Assembly (NCBI GenBank): GCA_963845115.1
Contig: CAWJQN010000003.1
Span: forward strand, 391,694 to 455,693
Direction of reading: 5' to 3'
Length of the DNA: 64,000 nt
Source: an uncultured delta proteobacterium
GTDB taxonomy: Bacteria; Desulfobacterota; Desulfobulbia; Desulfobulbales; Desulfocapsaceae
The translations under genes were made by a program, and so were the position numbers. Shown one piece after another: positions 24,927 through 33,805 of this stretch (position 1 is its first letter; each line of letters begins with the position of its first letter). The notes under the pieces were generated by a model. The model worked only from the letters and a program-made list of their open reading frames with translations, ran no database searches and was not told where the DNA came from.

Positions 24927-25763
24927 ATGTTCAAAATCGTACGACGTGAAGAGATGGCAGAAGGCACGGTGATTCTCAATGAAATCGAGGCACCGCTGAT
25001 CGCCAAGAAAGCCAAACCGGGGCAATTCGTGATCCTCAAGGCCGACGAGAACGGCGAACGGATTCCGCTGACCATGGCCGAGACCGACAAGGAGAAAGGC
25101 ACCGTCACCATCATCTACATGGTGGTCGGCAAGTCCACCGCCCTGTTTCGTGACCTCAAGGTCGGCGATGGTTACCAGGATGTGATCGGCCCGCTGGGCA
25201 AAGCCACCCACCTGGAAAAGCGGGGCAAGGTCATCTGTGTCGGCGGCGGCACCGGGGTGGCGGTTCTGCACCCGATTACCCGGGCCATGAAAGATGTCGG
25301 TAACGACGTCACCTGTATCATCGGCGCCCGGACCAAAGACCTGCTGATTCTCGAAGAGCAGATGAGAAGCGCCTCCAACGACCTCCGGGTCTGCACCGAT
25401 GACGGTTCCTACGGTCATCACGGCTTCGTCACCGAGGTCATGAAGGAAGTGCTCGAGGGCGGAGATATCCAGGAGGTGGTAGCCATCGGCCCGGTGCCGA
25501 TGATGAAAGCGGTGGCCAATATCACCAAAGAATACGAGATCCCGACCCTGGTCAGCCTCAACCCGATCATGGTGGACGGCACCGGCATGTGCGGCGGCTG
25601 CCGGGTCACCGTTGGCGGCGAGACCAAGTTCGCCTGCGTTGACGGCCCCGAATTCGACGGACATCAGGTCGATTTCGACGAGTTGAACCTGAGGCTTCAG
25701 GCCTATACCGAAGACGAGAAAAATTGTCACGAAGATTACTGCACCATCCGTGACGCCAAATAG
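24927..25763 (+). CDS. nfnA: NADH-dependent reduced ferredoxin:NADP oxidoreductase small subunit (FAD/NAD-binding, [2Fe-2S]; SudB/GltD-partner type)
   Basis: MFKIVRREEMAEGT...PGQFVILKADENGERIPLTMAE, GGGTGVA and the C-terminal cluster motif MCGGCRV...FACVDGPEF. Confidence 0.8.
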   Translation: MFKIVRREEMAEGTVILNEIEAPLIAKKAKPGQFVILKADENGERIPLTMAETDKEKGTVTIIYMVVGKSTALFRDLKVGDGYQDVIGPLGKATHLEKRGKVICVGGGTGVAVLHPITRAMKDVGNDVTCIIGARTKDLLILEEQMRSASNDLRVCTDDGSYGHHGFVTEVMKEVLEGGDIQEVVAIGPVPMMKAVANITKEYEIPTLVSLNPIMVDGTGMCGGCRVTVGGETKFACVDGPEFDGHQVDFDELNLRLQAYTEDEKNCHEDYCTIRDAK

Positions 25764-25820
25764 CGCATTGCAGTTCATAAAAAAGACTATCGAATAACCC
25801 GCTGTCTTAGGGAGGGAAAC

Positions 25821-27233
25821 ATGGCGGAAACATCAGCAAAACCGGTAAAAAACCCGAGAATAGCAATGCCCGAGCAGGACCCGCAGATCCGGGCCCGCAA
25901 TTTTCTGGAGGTACCGACGGGGTACACCCACAAGATGGCACAGGAAGAGGCGGCCCGCTGTCTGCAGTGCAAAAAACCGGCCTGCGTGGACGGTTGTCCG
26001 GTTGGCGTCGACATCCCCGGTTTCATCGATCTGATTTCCAAAGGAGAAATGACCGCGGCCATCCGCAACCTGTGGAGCATGAACGCCCTGCCCGCCGTCT
26101 GCGGCCGTGTCTGTCCCCAGGAAATCCAGTGCGAGGGCAGATGCGTTCTGGGCAGAAAAGGAGAACCGGTGGCCATCGGCAACCTGGAACGTTATTGCGC
26201 CGACTATGAGCGGGAAAACGGCACCGGTGAATTACCGCCCAAGGCCGGCAGCACCGGCAAGAAGGTCGCCGTGGTCGGCTCCGGTCCATCCGGGTTGACC
26301 GTGGCCGGCGACCTGATCGTCAAAGGGCACGATGTGACCATCTATGAGGCTTTTCACAAGGCCGGGGGGGTGCTGATCTACGGCATTCCCGAATTTCGCC
26401 TGCCCAAGGATATCGTCGCCCAGGAAATCAATTTCCTCGAGCGGCTCGGGGTCAAAGTCGAATGCAACGCCGTGGTTGGCCGCACCGTGTCCCTCGATGA
26501 ACTCTTCGAAGAAGGATACGACGCCATCTATATCGGTGTCGGCGCCGGGCTGCCGAGATTCATGAACATCCCCGGCGAGAACCTGGTCGGCATACTCTCG
26601 GCCAACGAATACCTGACCCGGGCAAATCTGATGAAGGCATACAAATTTCCCGATGTAGACACGCCGATCCCGATGGGCAAGAACGTCGTCGTGCTCGGTG
26701 CTGGAAACGTGGCCATGGACGCAGCCAGAACGGCAATGCGGCTCGGTGCCGAAAGCGTCAAGATCGTCTATCGCCGCTCCCGGGAGGAGATGCCCGCCCG
26801 TAAGGCCGAGATTCATCACGCCGAGGAAGAAGGCATCGAGATGTTTCTGCTGACCAATCCGACCAAGTATCTGGGCAACGAAAAAGGCCGCCTGGTCGGC
26901 ATGCAGTGCTTGAAAATGGAACTGGGCGAACCGGATGATTCCGGCCGCCGGCGGCCGGTCGCCATCGAGGGATCCGAATTCGAGATGGACTGCGATCTCT
27001 GCATCGTCGCGGTCGGCTCCGGGGCCAACCCGCTGCTGACCAGTGAAACGCCGGACATGAAGCTCAATGACTGGGGTTATGTCAAGACCGACAGCAAGAC
27101 CGGGAAAACCACCAAGAAGGCGGTTTGGGCCGGCGGCGACATCGTCACCGGCGCGGCAACGGTCATTCTGGCCATGGGCGCCGGACGGGAAGCTGCCAAT
27201 TCCATGCATGACTACCTGATGCTGGGCTGGTAG
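25821..27233 (+). CDS. nfnB: NfnB / glutamate synthase small-chain-like NADPH oxidoreductase
   Basis: N-terminal Fe-S motifs CLQCKKPACVDGCPV and CGRVCPQEIQCEGRC. Dinucleotide sites VVGSGPSGL and VLGAGNVAMD. Confidence 0.85.
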   Translation: MAETSAKPVKNPRIAMPEQDPQIRARNFLEVPTGYTHKMAQEEAARCLQCKKPACVDGCPVGVDIPGFIDLISKGEMTAAIRNLWSMNALPAVCGRVCPQEIQCEGRCVLGRKGEPVAIGNLERYCADYERENGTGELPPKAGSTGKKVAVVGSGPSGLTVAGDLIVKGHDVTIYEAFHKAGGVLIYGIPEFRLPKDIVAQEINFLERLGVKVECNAVVGRTVSLDELFEEGYDAIYIGVGAGLPRFMNIPGENLVGILSANEYLTRANLMKAYKFPDVDTPIPMGKNVVVLGAGNVAMDAARTAMRLGAESVKIVYRRSREEMPARKAEIHHAEEEGIEMFLLTNPTKYLGNEKGRLVGMQCLKMELGEPDDSGRRRPVAIEGSEFEMDCDLCIVAVGSGANPLLTSETPDMKLNDWGYVKTDSKTGKTTKKAVWAGGDIVTGAATVILAMGAGREAANSMHDYLMLGW

Positions 27234-27250
27234 CCCGGCCGCTGCATTCT

Positions 27251-27279
27251 CCGGGGTCGGCCGCTGCGGTCGACCCCGG
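27251..27279 (+). terminator. GC-rich hairpin after nfnB
   Basis: CCGGGGTCG (27251-27259) pairs with CGACCCCGG (27271-27279), giving a 9-bp stem 18 nt after the stop. There is no clear U tract. Confidence 0.5.
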
Positions 27280-27405
27280 ATTCACCTGCTCGGATGGATT
27301 TTCTCACCACATGCTCACAGTCAACGGCAGGTCTTCCCCCTGCTGCTGAAAGCCGGAAAAATTTTGCGGCGGTAGTCGTCCGAAACCCTTATTCCCCTCC
27401 ACAAC

Positions 27406-28404
27406 TTGCAACCAGTTAACCCCGTGTTTCGTCTCAGCTACATTATCTTGGCCTGCTGCCTCCTGGCCGCCGGCTGTGCCGCTAAACCCGATGCACCACC
27501 CCCCAAAGATTATCAGCTTGAGGCGCTGCAGAATGAAGTCAGACAGGTGATTCAATTTATCGACAACTGGAGCGGCTACGAACAGAAGTTCAGCAGCATT
27601 AACAGTCTGGAAGAATACAGCTCGGTGAAACAGAAGGTTCTCGCCTCACCCGCTTACCCCAGATTTACCGGAAAAGAGCGCCTGCAGAGCAAGATCAGCC
27701 AGTTTGACGCGGTCGTCAGGCGCTATGAAACCTGGGTCGAAGATCGGGCCGATCTGCTCGAGCGGATCAACGACTTTATCGCCAATTATCAGGCCAACCA
27801 GAAACAGCTGTTCTCCCGCCATGCCAGACCGCTGGCAGTCGGCCCTTATCGACTGGTAATTGACAACAGTTATTACCAGCTCGAGCCAGACGATCCGGAC
27901 AAAGCCTACGCCTCAGCCCGATACGTCGGCCTGAGCCAGCTCAATATCATCGCGGCCTCAAGAGACCAGCCGCTGCGGTTGCCGAGTCTGAAAATATCCG
28001 GTTTTGTGGTTGAGGTGAAGATCGGCAACGGCTCCTCCCAGAAGCTCCTTCGGCCCGACGGTTTCACGGTCAATCGCCAGACCAGGACCAGCCGGAGCGG
28101 ATCGCAGGTTACCCGCTCGCAGCGCCAGTATCTGGTCAGCTTCAGCGACGAGGTGCAGAACCGCTATGAATTCAGCCAGGCAGTCGATGTCATCAACAAG
28201 GATTCCGACAACGGCATCAGGCCCGGGGAGTCGATGATCTGGACTTATCATTTCAACCGGGAAAATTTTCCGGTCGAAACGGTAAAAACGTTTCAGGCGA
28301 TCTATCCGGACCGGGTATTCGGCAAGCCATTGCGGCTCAGCATCCCGCTGACAGCGATCCAGATACCGGAGCTTCCGGCAGCTCTCAACCCCGCGAGAAA
28401 TTAA
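27406..28404 (+). CDS. hypothetical lipoprotein
   Basis: The long ORF has a lipobox (ILACCLLAAGCAAK) near its 5' end. No ATG is available, so the start must be TTG 27406 or GTG 27424. I recognise no family. Confidence 0.55.
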   Translation: MQPVNPVFRLSYIILACCLLAAGCAAKPDAPPPKDYQLEALQNEVRQVIQFIDNWSGYEQKFSSINSLEEYSSVKQKVLASPAYPRFTGKERLQSKISQFDAVVRRYETWVEDRADLLERINDFIANYQANQKQLFSRHARPLAVGPYRLVIDNSYYQLEPDDPDKAYASARYVGLSQLNIIAASRDQPLRLPSLKISGFVVEVKIGNGSSQKLLRPDGFTVNRQTRTSRSGSQVTRSQRQYLVSFSDEVQNRYEFSQAVDVINKDSDNGIRPGESMIWTYHFNRENFPVETVKTFQAIYPDRVFGKPLRLSIPLTAIQIPELPAALNPARN

Positions 28405-29015
28405 GACTTACAAGCTTCCGGCAGCTTTTCCTTCTGACGAATATTGATCAATCCCTGGTAGGCTTCCCTGGATAGTTGTTCGACCTCTTCGCGGGTGTGG
28501 TTTTTCCAGCCGGTGGCAGCAATCTCATCAAGCACCTTTGCAGCTTTGACCGTGTCACCCTGATCCATGTAAGTGACAGCCTCGAGCCAGAAACCGGCCT
28601 GCCGGTATTTTTCGCTGCTGTTTTCCTGGGCGGTCTCGGCATACCCCAGTGCAACCTTGTGCTTACAGGTGGCAAGGGCCGAGAGACCGGCAAATCCGTC
28701 ATCCCCGAGTTTTTTCCTCAATTCCTTCTCGGCTTTGGCCCGCTCCTGCAGGGCCACCTGCTTATCCTGCTGACCGCCGACAATGGCTCCCGAAACAGCC
28801 CCGGAAGTCGCTCCCCAGGCCGCTCCCCTGGCCGCCGCTTCCCCAACATCGCCACCCCAGATAAGGGCGCCGACCATACCGGCCGCAGCGCCCCCAAGGC
28901 CGCCGATTGCGGCCCCCTGGCCGGCCTGCCGTGCCGAATTGGGGCCGCAGGCAGTGGTGACAAACAGGGAAAGGATCAAAACGGTGACGGCGACAGCAGA
29001 TTCAGTTTTTTTCAT
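28401..29015 (-). CDS. hypothetical lipoprotein with glycine-zipper segment
   Basis: MKKTESAVAVTVLILSLFVTTACG (lipobox), then a Gly/Ala-rich zipper (AAIGGLGGAAAGMVGALIWGG...GAAWGATSGAVSGAIVGG), then a helical C-terminal half. Confidence 0.6.
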   Translation of the reverse strand: MKKTESAVAVTVLILSLFVTTACGPNSARQAGQGAAIGGLGGAAAGMVGALIWGGDVGEAAARGAAWGATSGAVSGAIVGGQQDKQVALQERAKAEKELRKKLGDDGFAGLSALATCKHKVALGYAETAQENSSEKYRQAGFWLEAVTYMDQGDTVKAAKVLDEIAATGWKNHTREEVEQLSREAYQGLINIRQKEKLPEACKS

Positions 29016-29245
29016 ATTCCTTTTTTAAGGTGCTGGTTTGCCCGGCATCTATCCTGCCTGCACCACCATGACGGCGATCAGCACGGCAGCAGGGCCGGAG
29101 GAATAAATGGGCACGGAAATAACGGGTCAGCTTCCGGGAAATCCGTATCCTGTTGGCAAATTATGCCCTGTATTATCAGTCCGGAGTCAGTTATAGTGAA
29201 CAGATTAAGTCGTACACATGAAAACCTCATAAATGGGAAGGGACC

Positions 29246-29443
29246 ATGTCGATCTGGGCGCGAATAGGGGTAACCATCATTTTAATGGTGCTTTTCAGTT
29301 TTCTGGCGGGCCTTCTGTGGGGCAAGCTGTTTACCAATCAGATCCCCAGTTATGTTTCGGGGTTTGTCGGCGGACTGACGGCTGTTCCGGTGTGGGAGAT
29401 CCTGGAGAGATTCAAAGGAGCACCGAAAAAAAAGAACCGATAA
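29246..29443 (+). CDS. hypothetical small membrane protein
   Basis: 65 aa with two hydrophobic helices (IGVTIILMVLFSFLAGLLWG and VSGFVGGLTAVPVW) and a basic tail. Confidence 0.45.
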   Translation: MSIWARIGVTIILMVLFSFLAGLLWGKLFTNQIPSYVSGFVGGLTAVPVWEILERFKGAPKKKNR

Positions 29444-29457
29444 GCCCCCGGCCGATT

Positions 29458-29913
29458 CTAATTTGCAGCTCGCGGAACCCGCCGGTACGTTGGAACCGGG
29501 TTGGACGGTTCCTGAACAGGGGGGGTCGGCCGAGGCGGCGGCTTAATCACAATAGGCGGGCTTGGCCGAGGATGCACGGTTACGGTCGGTCGCTGAAAAA
29601 AATAGCCGCCGCTGCGCCAGGAACGCCGTTCCTGCCTGGCCACCTCGACGGCGGTCTCGGATCGCAACTTTTCAATTTCCAGTTCGTGATTCCGGTCTTC
29701 CAGCCGGAGCCGGTCGACATATCGCCGGTCCCGCCAATACTCTTCAGCACTGACCGGTTGACGCTTCCGGGCATTGAACTGCTGCTGCTGGATGGCTCTC
29801 AGCTGTTCGGATGAACAGCCTGCATAGGTGGTCATGTTACATGACCAGGCCAGTTCCACGAATGAAAAAAGTACCAGAACGGTGACAAACATAATTCTCA
29901 GACCCATCGACAC
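29458..29913 (-). CDS. hypothetical secreted protein with Pro-rich C-terminus
   Basis: Signal-like N-terminus (LRIMFVTVLVLFSFVELAWS), a charged helical middle, and the tail HPRPSPPIVIKPPPRPTPPVQEPSNPVP. Confidence 0.5.
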   Translation of the reverse strand: MSMGLRIMFVTVLVLFSFVELAWSCNMTTYAGCSSEQLRAIQQQQFNARKRQPVSAEEYWRDRRYVDRLRLEDRNHELEIEKLRSETAVEVARQERRSWRSGGYFFQRPTVTVHPRPSPPIVIKPPPRPTPPVQEPSNPVPTYRRVPRAAN

Positions 29914-30124
29914 ACCTCCTTCTCCCCCTTGCCCTCCACTTATCTGGTATGATTACCACTGTACAAAGCTTCCGTATAATCATAATCACTGGTTCACGCC
30001 GGGCAAACAAGCAGGCGTCTTTATGGCAGCACAGCAGCACGGGGGCTCAAATTTCGCTGTCCGGCAGTGAACTTTGGTCATTTTTCCATGCGCTGTTCAG
30101 AAAACAAGGCTGAGGATCCCGGCG

Positions 30125-30991
30125 ATGACATCCCCCATCAAACGGCACATCGGTACCTGCTCCTGGAAATACGATTCGTGGCGGGGGCTGGTCTACCCTG
30201 ATACCGGACCCTTCAACTACCTGCGGCAGTACAGTCAATGCTACCACACGGTGGAAGTGGATCAGTGGTTCTGGTCGCTCTTCGACGATGACACCGCCTT
30301 ACTGCCCAAGCCTGCGGTTGTCAGGGAATACGCCCAGTCGGTACCGGACAATTTTGTATTCTCAGTCAAGGTGCCAAACAGCATCACCCTCACCCACCAC
30401 TATAAAAAGAACAGAACCGATCCCCTCCGGGTCAACCCCCACTTTCTGTCGATCCCGCTGATGGAGCGTTTTCTGGAACTGCTCGAACCGATCAGCATGC
30501 ACCTCGGACCACTCATCTTCCAGTTCGAATACCTGAACAAGTCGAAGATGAACAGCCTTGGCGAGTTCCTCAACCGTTTTGGCAGCTTTGCCGGCAGGCT
30601 GCCGGACGGCTATATCTTCGGGGTCGAGACCAGAAACCCCAATTATCTGAAGCGACCCTATTTCGAGTTCCTGTCAGATGTAGGTCTCCACCATGTTTTT
30701 CTGCACGGCTATTACATGCCGCCGATTTTTGAGATTTACCGCCAGTTCCGGAACTACATCCACCCGCGGTCGGTGATCCGGCTGCTCGGCTCCGACCGCC
30801 AGGGAATCGAGCAGGCCGCGGGCAAATCCTGGAACGCAATTGTCAGCCCCAGAGACAAGGAGCTTGCCGGCCTGGCAGCGATGCTGACCGATCTCGGCAA
30901 CCGGGGTGTGGAAACCTTTCTCTACGTCAACAATCACTTCGAGGGGTCCGCCCCGCGGACCATCGCCAGAATCGAATCCTTACTGGCCTGA
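30125..30991 (+). CDS. DUF72 (YecE/UPF0759) family protein
   Basis: Start moved to ATG 30125. IGTCSWKYDSWRGLVYP is the DUF72 N-terminal signature. Length about 288 aa. Confidence 0.75.
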   Translation: MTSPIKRHIGTCSWKYDSWRGLVYPDTGPFNYLRQYSQCYHTVEVDQWFWSLFDDDTALLPKPAVVREYAQSVPDNFVFSVKVPNSITLTHHYKKNRTDPLRVNPHFLSIPLMERFLELLEPISMHLGPLIFQFEYLNKSKMNSLGEFLNRFGSFAGRLPDGYIFGVETRNPNYLKRPYFEFLSDVGLHHVFLHGYYMPPIFEIYRQFRNYIHPRSVIRLLGSDRQGIEQAAGKSWNAIVSPRDKELAGLAAMLTDLGNRGVETFLYVNNHFEGSAPRTIARIESLLA

Positions 30992-31125
30992 AAGTTCGCT
31001 CTACCGGTTTTTCGTCAGCCCCCCAGCCCCGCCTTTTTATTATTTATCCATTTGAGCATTATCGGCATTGACATCATTATTATTAGTTAATAAGATATGA
31101 TCAAATGAGCACAAAGGAGAACAAA

Positions 31126-31476
31126 ATGGTCCGCCCGAGAAAGCCAAGACTGGTTTCAGCCTATCCGACGATCACCGCCTTCGTCCCCCAGGGAGTCAAT
31201 ATCAGCGGCGAGGCGTTGTTGAGCGTGGACGAGTTTGAAGCCATACGCTTGAGCGACTTCGAGCACCTCGACCAGGAGGGCGGGGCGGCGATGATGGGTG
31301 TCAGCCGTCACACCTTCGGCCGGCTTCTGGCCAGGGGCAGAACGGTTGTCGCCAATGCCATGGTAACCGGTAAAGTTTTGAAGATAGAGGGTGGCTCTTA
31401 CGAGCTGCGCGGTCCCGGACAAGGAAAGCGGCATGGTCGACGTGGCCGCGGCGGCCGGGGCTTTGGAAAGCAATAG
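31126..31476 (+). CDS. DUF134 (UPF0251) predicted DNA-binding protein with RG-rich tail
   Basis: Start at ATG 31126 (AAAGGAGA upstream). MVRPRKPRLV...FVPQG is the DUF134 N-terminus. HTH-like segment: SVDEFEAIRLSDFEHLDQEGGAAMMGVSRHTFGRLLARGR. C-terminal tail: GQGKRHGRRGRGGRGFGKQ. Confidence 0.75.
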   Translation: MVRPRKPRLVSAYPTITAFVPQGVNISGEALLSVDEFEAIRLSDFEHLDQEGGAAMMGVSRHTFGRLLARGRTVVANAMVTGKVLKIEGGSYELRGPGQGKRHGRRGRGGRGFGKQ

Positions 31477-31512
31477 CAGATCAATGCAAAACATGCAAAG
31501 GAGGTGAACAAT

Positions 31513-31734
31513 ATGCCAGGATTAGACAAAACCGGCCCCCAGGGCAACGGTCCGATGACCGGCAGAGCAAAAGGCTCGTGCCGGCAGGGAAATTACGGCG
31601 GACCACAATCGGACGGCTTTGCACCCCTGAGAGGACGAGGCCAGGGACGCGGACTCAGATGCGGTATGGGAAATCGCCGGGGTCGAAGGAACAATTTCGG
31701 TCCCAACCAGCCGCGCCCCATCGATGAAGAGTGA
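31513..31734 (+). CDS. DUF5320 family small protein (G/R-rich)
   Basis: ATG 31513, 8 nt after AGGAGG. MPGLDKTGPQGNGPMTGRAKGSC matches the DUF5320 N-terminal motif. The remainder is RG/RGG-rich. Confidence 0.65.
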   Translation: MPGLDKTGPQGNGPMTGRAKGSCRQGNYGGPQSDGFAPLRGRGQGRGLRCGMGNRRGRRNNFGPNQPRPIDEE

Positions 31735-31763
31735 AATGAATCTGTAAATAAGATCTATAACCA

Positions 31764-32252
31764 TTACTGCGGCTTGCGCCGCAGGTCAACCAGGTTGTCC
31801 GGTGTCTCATCGGACGGCCTGGTTTCTGCCTGTTCATTGGCATTGTCAAAGAAAAAAGAAGTGTTTCTCTCCTCGAAGGTCAAAAATTTGTTTTTGCCGA
31901 TAAAGATATACCAGTCGCCGGCAACTTCTCTTCCCCGGTAATGACCGTCATTGATGCTCTGGATCACATGGCGCTCGTCGACGTTGTTCCTGGCCGAATA
32001 TTTTGCCACGCTGATAAAATCAGGGTGGTTGTCGATCGAACTGACCGACCCTCGGCCTCCCGAGGATTTCGGACGGTCCCCGGCTGACTTTTTCAACTGA
32101 GCCACCCGCAGGTTCACATAACTGTTCCTGGCTTCGATCTCGTTGCCCGCTGAACGGGCCTGAGCCTCGGTCCACAGGGATTCGTCCCGCTCGCTCCCGG
32201 CTTGCTGGCGAACCTCTTTTGCCGCCTGAATATAGAGTTTATCGTCCGACAT
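31764..32252 (-). CDS. hypothetical protein
   Basis: 162-aa ORF. It has a charged helical N-terminal half (LYIQAAKEV...SLWTEAQARSAGNEIEARNSYVNLRVAQL) and a small beta-rich C-terminal half. I recognise no family. Confidence 0.45.
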   Translation of the reverse strand: MSDDKLYIQAAKEVRQQAGSERDESLWTEAQARSAGNEIEARNSYVNLRVAQLKKSAGDRPKSSGGRGSVSSIDNHPDFISVAKYSARNNVDERHVIQSINDGHYRGREVAGDWYIFIGKNKFLTFEERNTSFFFDNANEQAETRPSDETPDNLVDLRRKPQ

Positions 32253-32649
32253 GGTTTTTTCAGCCTCGCGTTATCACAGATAGGTTACTGCCGCTCTCGA
32301 ATCATAAGTGGTGCAGCAGTCATGGAAATGGTCCACAGACTACTATATTACTTGAAAACCTGAGCACAACTCATAACCGTGCAGGGAAAATCATTTCAGT
32401 AGCGTATCCGCTCCGCGCTGATCGTTTGACCACCGGTGGCTCATCGGAACCATCCTTCAGATGTGCTGAACTCTGCTTTCCAAGCCTTTATACGTGCCGT
32501 TTATTCATTATTGTTGTAAAATTTATCATTTTCTTGCAGATTCTCAATCGGGTCCTACGGCACCACATTCGTTTAATTCCAGCCGCGGTCATTATAAGCT
32601 GCAACGGGGGACGGCTCAGGGAAGCTGATATTTGATTCAACATGTTTAG

Positions 32650-33798
32650 ATGCCGGAAACAGCAATGACCACTGATGCAGCTCTCAGTTTTGAGCAGAAG
32701 GCGCCGGACAACCTCAAGATAATCCTGGCCGGGGACTGGAGGCTGAACAACAACCTGCCGGGAACGGACGGCGTGGAGGCGGCCATCGCCGAGGCTTCCA
32801 CTCTCCGAACCATGGTCCTCGATGCACGCCAGGTAACGGACTGGGACAGCGGACTGCTCATCTTTCTGCTGCGCCTGCGCCAGATATGTACCACCAGCGA
32901 TCTTGCTCTCGACAGCACAAACCTACCCGCGGGAGCGCTGAAACTGCTGGCTCTGGCCGCGGCAGTCCCGGAAAAAAAGGATGCGCGCAAAAAGGAAGCG
33001 CGAAGCAAATTTCTCACCACCATCGGCGAAGAAAGTGTCGAGCTGGTTCGCTCGACCGGTGATCTGCTGACATTTATCGGCGAAGCGATGGTCGCCTTTC
33101 TCCGCTTTCTGAGGGGCAAGGCTCGGTTCCGCCGCAGTGACCTGACTCTTCTTATCGAGTCGTGCGGGGTCCAGGCATTACCGATCGTCACCTTGATCTG
33201 CTTCCTGGTCGGTCTGATTCTCGCTTTCATCGGCGCCATCCAGTTGAAACTGTTCGGTGCTGAAATCTTTGTGGCCGACCTCGTCGGCATCGCCATGGTG
33301 CGGCTGATGGCTGCGATCATGACCGGCATCGTCCTGGCCGGCCGAACGGGCGGCGCTTTTGCGGCTCAGCTCGGGACCATGCAGGTGAATCAGGAAATCG
33401 ACGCATTGAGGACCCTGGGCATCGACCCGATGGAGTTTCTCGTTCTGCCCCGCATGCTGGCCCTCGGGTTGATGATGCCCCTGCTCTGCCTCTACGCCAA
33501 CCTGATGGGTATTCTCGGCGGCATGTTCGTCGGCGTCGCCATGCTCGATATCGGCCTCATTCAGTACTATAACCAGACAGTACAGGCGGTGGACCTCTGG
33601 AACCTGGGCATCGGACTCTTCTCAGGGACCCTGTTCGGCATCATCGTCGCCCTTTCCGGCTGCATGCGCGGTATGCAGTGCGGACGCAGCGCTTCATCGG
33701 TCGGTGATGCCGCCACCTCGGCGGTGGTCACCGCTATTGTCGGCATCATCATCACCACCGCGCTGGTTACGCTGATCTGCAATGTACTCGGGATATAA
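32650..33798 (+). CDS. mlaE: MlaE-family ABC permease with N-terminal STAS-like domain
   Basis: 382 aa. A soluble N-terminal ~120 aa is followed by a MlaE/YrbE-type permease (…GAFAAQLGTMQVNQEIDALRTLGIDP...). Confidence 0.8.
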   Translation: MPETAMTTDAALSFEQKAPDNLKIILAGDWRLNNNLPGTDGVEAAIAEASTLRTMVLDARQVTDWDSGLLIFLLRLRQICTTSDLALDSTNLPAGALKLLALAAAVPEKKDARKKEARSKFLTTIGEESVELVRSTGDLLTFIGEAMVAFLRFLRGKARFRRSDLTLLIESCGVQALPIVTLICFLVGLILAFIGAIQLKLFGAEIFVADLVGIAMVRLMAAIMTGIVLAGRTGGAFAAQLGTMQVNQEIDALRTLGIDPMEFLVLPRMLALGLMMPLLCLYANLMGILGGMFVGVAMLDIGLIQYYNQTVQAVDLWNLGIGLFSGTLFGIIVALSGCMRGMQCGRSASSVGDAATSAVVTAIVGIIITTALVTLICNVLGI

Positions 33799-33805
33799 AC
33801 CTGCG

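Noticed and set aside
24783-27209. Minus-strand ORFs of 331 aa (24783-25778) and 325 aa (26232-27209).
   Set aside because: They lie antisense to nfnA and nfnB, which show clear cofactor motifs. Their translations are low-complexity (G/D/H/A/V) and match no recognisable domain.
28476-29267. 263-aa plus-strand ORF.
   Set aside because: It lies antisense to the glycine-zipper lipoprotein gene. Its Gly/Pro/Arg-rich translation is produced by the complement of Gly/Ala codons.
32219-32635. 138-aa plus-strand ORF in the gap before mlaE.
   Set aside because: It overlaps the 5' end of the opposite-strand gene. Its translation is not protein-like, and it has no SD.
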